Of a stretch of DNA of 64,000 nucleotides, positions 61,771 to 64,000 are shown piece after piece. Source of the stretch: Octopus sinensis (taxonomy: Eukaryota); the NCBI RefSeq assembly GCF_006345805.1, contig NC_043018.1:26598001-26662000 (forward strand), in the 5' to 3' direction. A program made the translations under genes and the position numbers. The first letter of the stretch is position 1. Each line of letters starts with the position of its first letter. A model generated the notes under the pieces. The model was given only the letters and a program-made list of their open reading frames with translations, ran no database searches and was not told the DNA's origin.

Positions 61771-62520
61771 AGAAACCCTTTCCTTTTTTTTTTAATAAAT
61801 AAAAACCCGTGAACCATTTCCAAATTCCCAGCTGGGGCCGTTTCACTGAGGTCGCTAAAGTCACCACGTCCCTTCTTTCACTAATCCCAGAGAGGAGAGA
61901 ACCCCTTCCCCCGCCCATCGTCTACATACACACATACGCATGCAAGGACCCAACTGACACACGAACACACATACAAATACAAAAGAAAAGTATTCAGTGA
62001 CGCCTGCTGCACGGAAACTTGACAGCTATGTGTTATTAGAATAGTTGATATAGTAAAGCAAGAAGTTATTAATATTCAATGTTATATCCTATGTTAATGA
62101 GAATAAATCATTATCTCTTATTCTTGTCGCACGCACACACACACACACACACACATACGCACATGCACACACTTACAAGTAAGGGAGACAAGCGCGCGCC
62201 AAATTTTAATTATATATTATTTCAGATTGAATTAACTCCCTTGGGATCACCACAACCATATCGTAGGTTGCCCGATCTGCTAGAAAAAGCAGCCAAATCT
62301 GTGACGTCTCGCACTTTAATGCCTTAAATAAGAGAAGGACACATTGAACTATTGTTGTGTTGGATTCACAATTTGAAATAAGATTAGGTAGTCGTGGTTG
62401 GATGTAAATAACAGCAAGTTGTGAAACTGTGTCTTTACATGGTTGCTCGAGCAGTTAGAAATAGAAGGCATATCGCAATCTGAAAAATGAGGAAGGACAC
62501 GCGTTGAATATATAATACAT

Positions 62521-62750
62521 ATCTCTTTACTACCCACAAGGGGCTAAACACAGAGAGGACAAACAAGGACAGACAAACGGTTTAAGTCGATTATATCGAC
62601 CCCAGTGCGTAACTGGTACTGATTTAATCGACCCCGAAAGGATGAAAGGCAAAGTCGACCTCGGCGGAATTTGAACTCAGAACGTAGCGGCAGACGAAAT
62701 ACTGTTAGGCATTTCGCCCGGCGTGCTAACGTTTCTACAAGCTTGCCACC
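62521..62750 (-). mobile_element. Monomeric SINE family B
   Basis: Head GAAACGTTAGCACGCCGGGCGAAATG, B box GAGTTCAAATTCC, Deu/Nin-like core. Many other copies, e.g. 8050-8250, 8840-9260, 21720-21930, 44860-45090, 50340-50560, 56340-56670. Confidence 0.88.
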
Positions 62751-64000
62751 TTGTTGAATATATCATACAATCTTGGGTACAAAGTTGGGATGGTCAGAGC
62801 TGGAATGCCATCGAATGGAGCTAACCAGGTGCTAAGCAATAATTAATATTTGTTATAGATGTTTATCTCAAAGTTGGTCCTTATCCAGTTGGTTTATACT
62901 CAAAAACGCTCCGTCTACGACCGTTTCATTCTTTAGAATTATATTCGATGTATCCCCCAATTTAATTTTTAAGACAGCAATGTGGGATAAAAGGGAGATT
63001 TAGCTGCTATTGCTAGTAGGTCGAACAATCACGTAGACCAGTTATGGACGACCCTTTTCGAGAGCTGTATGAGCTCTGGTTCATTATCAGGCTGTTCGCA
63101 CTACTGAAAAAATTCTAAGTAAGTTTCGTTATGTGTGCCATTCAGAAAGTCCCACGGGCTACAGTTTGCCCACGATTGATGTAGATGTTCTCTTTCTTTG
63201 GTTCGGTTTAGTTTCTATGTCGTTAACTCCCGCCAAAAACAAATAAATCCAAGCTGAATACGAATACAGGAACATAGAATCCTTCAGCCTTATATTGTAA
63301 AATAAACACCTAATCTTCACTGTTTTAACCATCTTCATCACACACACATAGCTATACATAGATATACCACACACACATAGCTATACATAGATATAGGCGC
63401 CGGAGTGGCTGTGTGGTAAGTAGTTTGTTTACCAACCACATGGTTCCGGGTTCAGTCCCACTGCATGGCACCTTGGGCAAGTATCTTCTACTATAGCCTC
63501 GGACCGACCAAAGCCTTGTCAGTCAATTTGGTAGATGGAAACTGAAAAGAAGCCCGTCGTATATATGTATATATATTAGAAAAAATGAGGTAATCAGATC
63601 GGATGGTTCATATTTATAGATATTTATTTATATATTACATTTTTTACATATATATCATATCATTCAGATCATATCATTCGGATTAGCGCTTTCTCCCAAT
63701 CGAGTGGGCTTTTCAAATCAATTCCTTGTGGCATATATATATGTATATATATATTTATGCGTTTGTGTGTCTGTGTTTGTCTCCCTAGCATTGCTTGACA
63801 ACCGATGCTGGTGTGTTTATGTCCCCGTCACTTAGCGGTTCGGCAAAAGAGACCGATAGAATAAGTACTGGGCTTACAAAAGAATAAGTCCCGGGGTCGA
63901 GTTGCTCGATTAAAGGCGGTGCTCCAGCATGGCCGCAGTCCAATGACTGAAACAAATAAAAAAGAGTAAAAGAGTATACCAGGTTGAGTCAAAAACTTTT

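Noticed and set aside
61175-61918. Cluster of long ORFs on both strands
   Set aside because: Translations of a (CA)n/(TACA)n microsatellite.
63159-63374. ORF with a signal-peptide-like segment
   Set aside because: Starts in a microsatellite and ends in a hAT-like terminal fragment; no splice support.

Overview
AT-rich, repeat-saturated eukaryotic DNA, most likely from an octopod cephalopod, judged from the SINE/RTE families. I reconstructed two spliced genes by hand, with all junctions GT-AG and in phase. (1) A 3-exon mitochondrial ATP synthase subunit epsilon gene (ATP5F1E, + strand, 7410-12721, 61 aa), which the ORF track misses. (2) An 11-coding-exon ciliary inositol polyphosphate 5-phosphatase (INPP5E, - strand, 40728-18379, 788 aa) with intact catalytic motifs, a ciliary-targeting-like motif, a C-terminal CaaX box and a polyQ-rich N-terminus. 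A candidate INPP5E non-coding first exon/promoter lies at ~53.1 kb, with an RFX X-box at 54185. The rest is tRNA-derived SINEs, RTE/CR1/Penelope retrotransposon fragments, mariner/maT remnants, MITEs and long microsatellites. The most unusual items are a head-to-head pair of minimal hammerhead ribozyme motifs (1467-1634), a Penelope fragment followed by a tRNA-like head and a degenerate hammerhead (47.5-48.55 kb), a ~1.5-kb near-perfect palindrome between the two convergent genes, a two-headed mariner derivative carrying RFX/ERR/ETS motifs in an ATP5F1E intron, Merlin-like MITEs with 8-bp TSDs, and a SINE that repeatedly forms 184-bp tandem multimers. All product names come from manual motif recognition; no database search was run.
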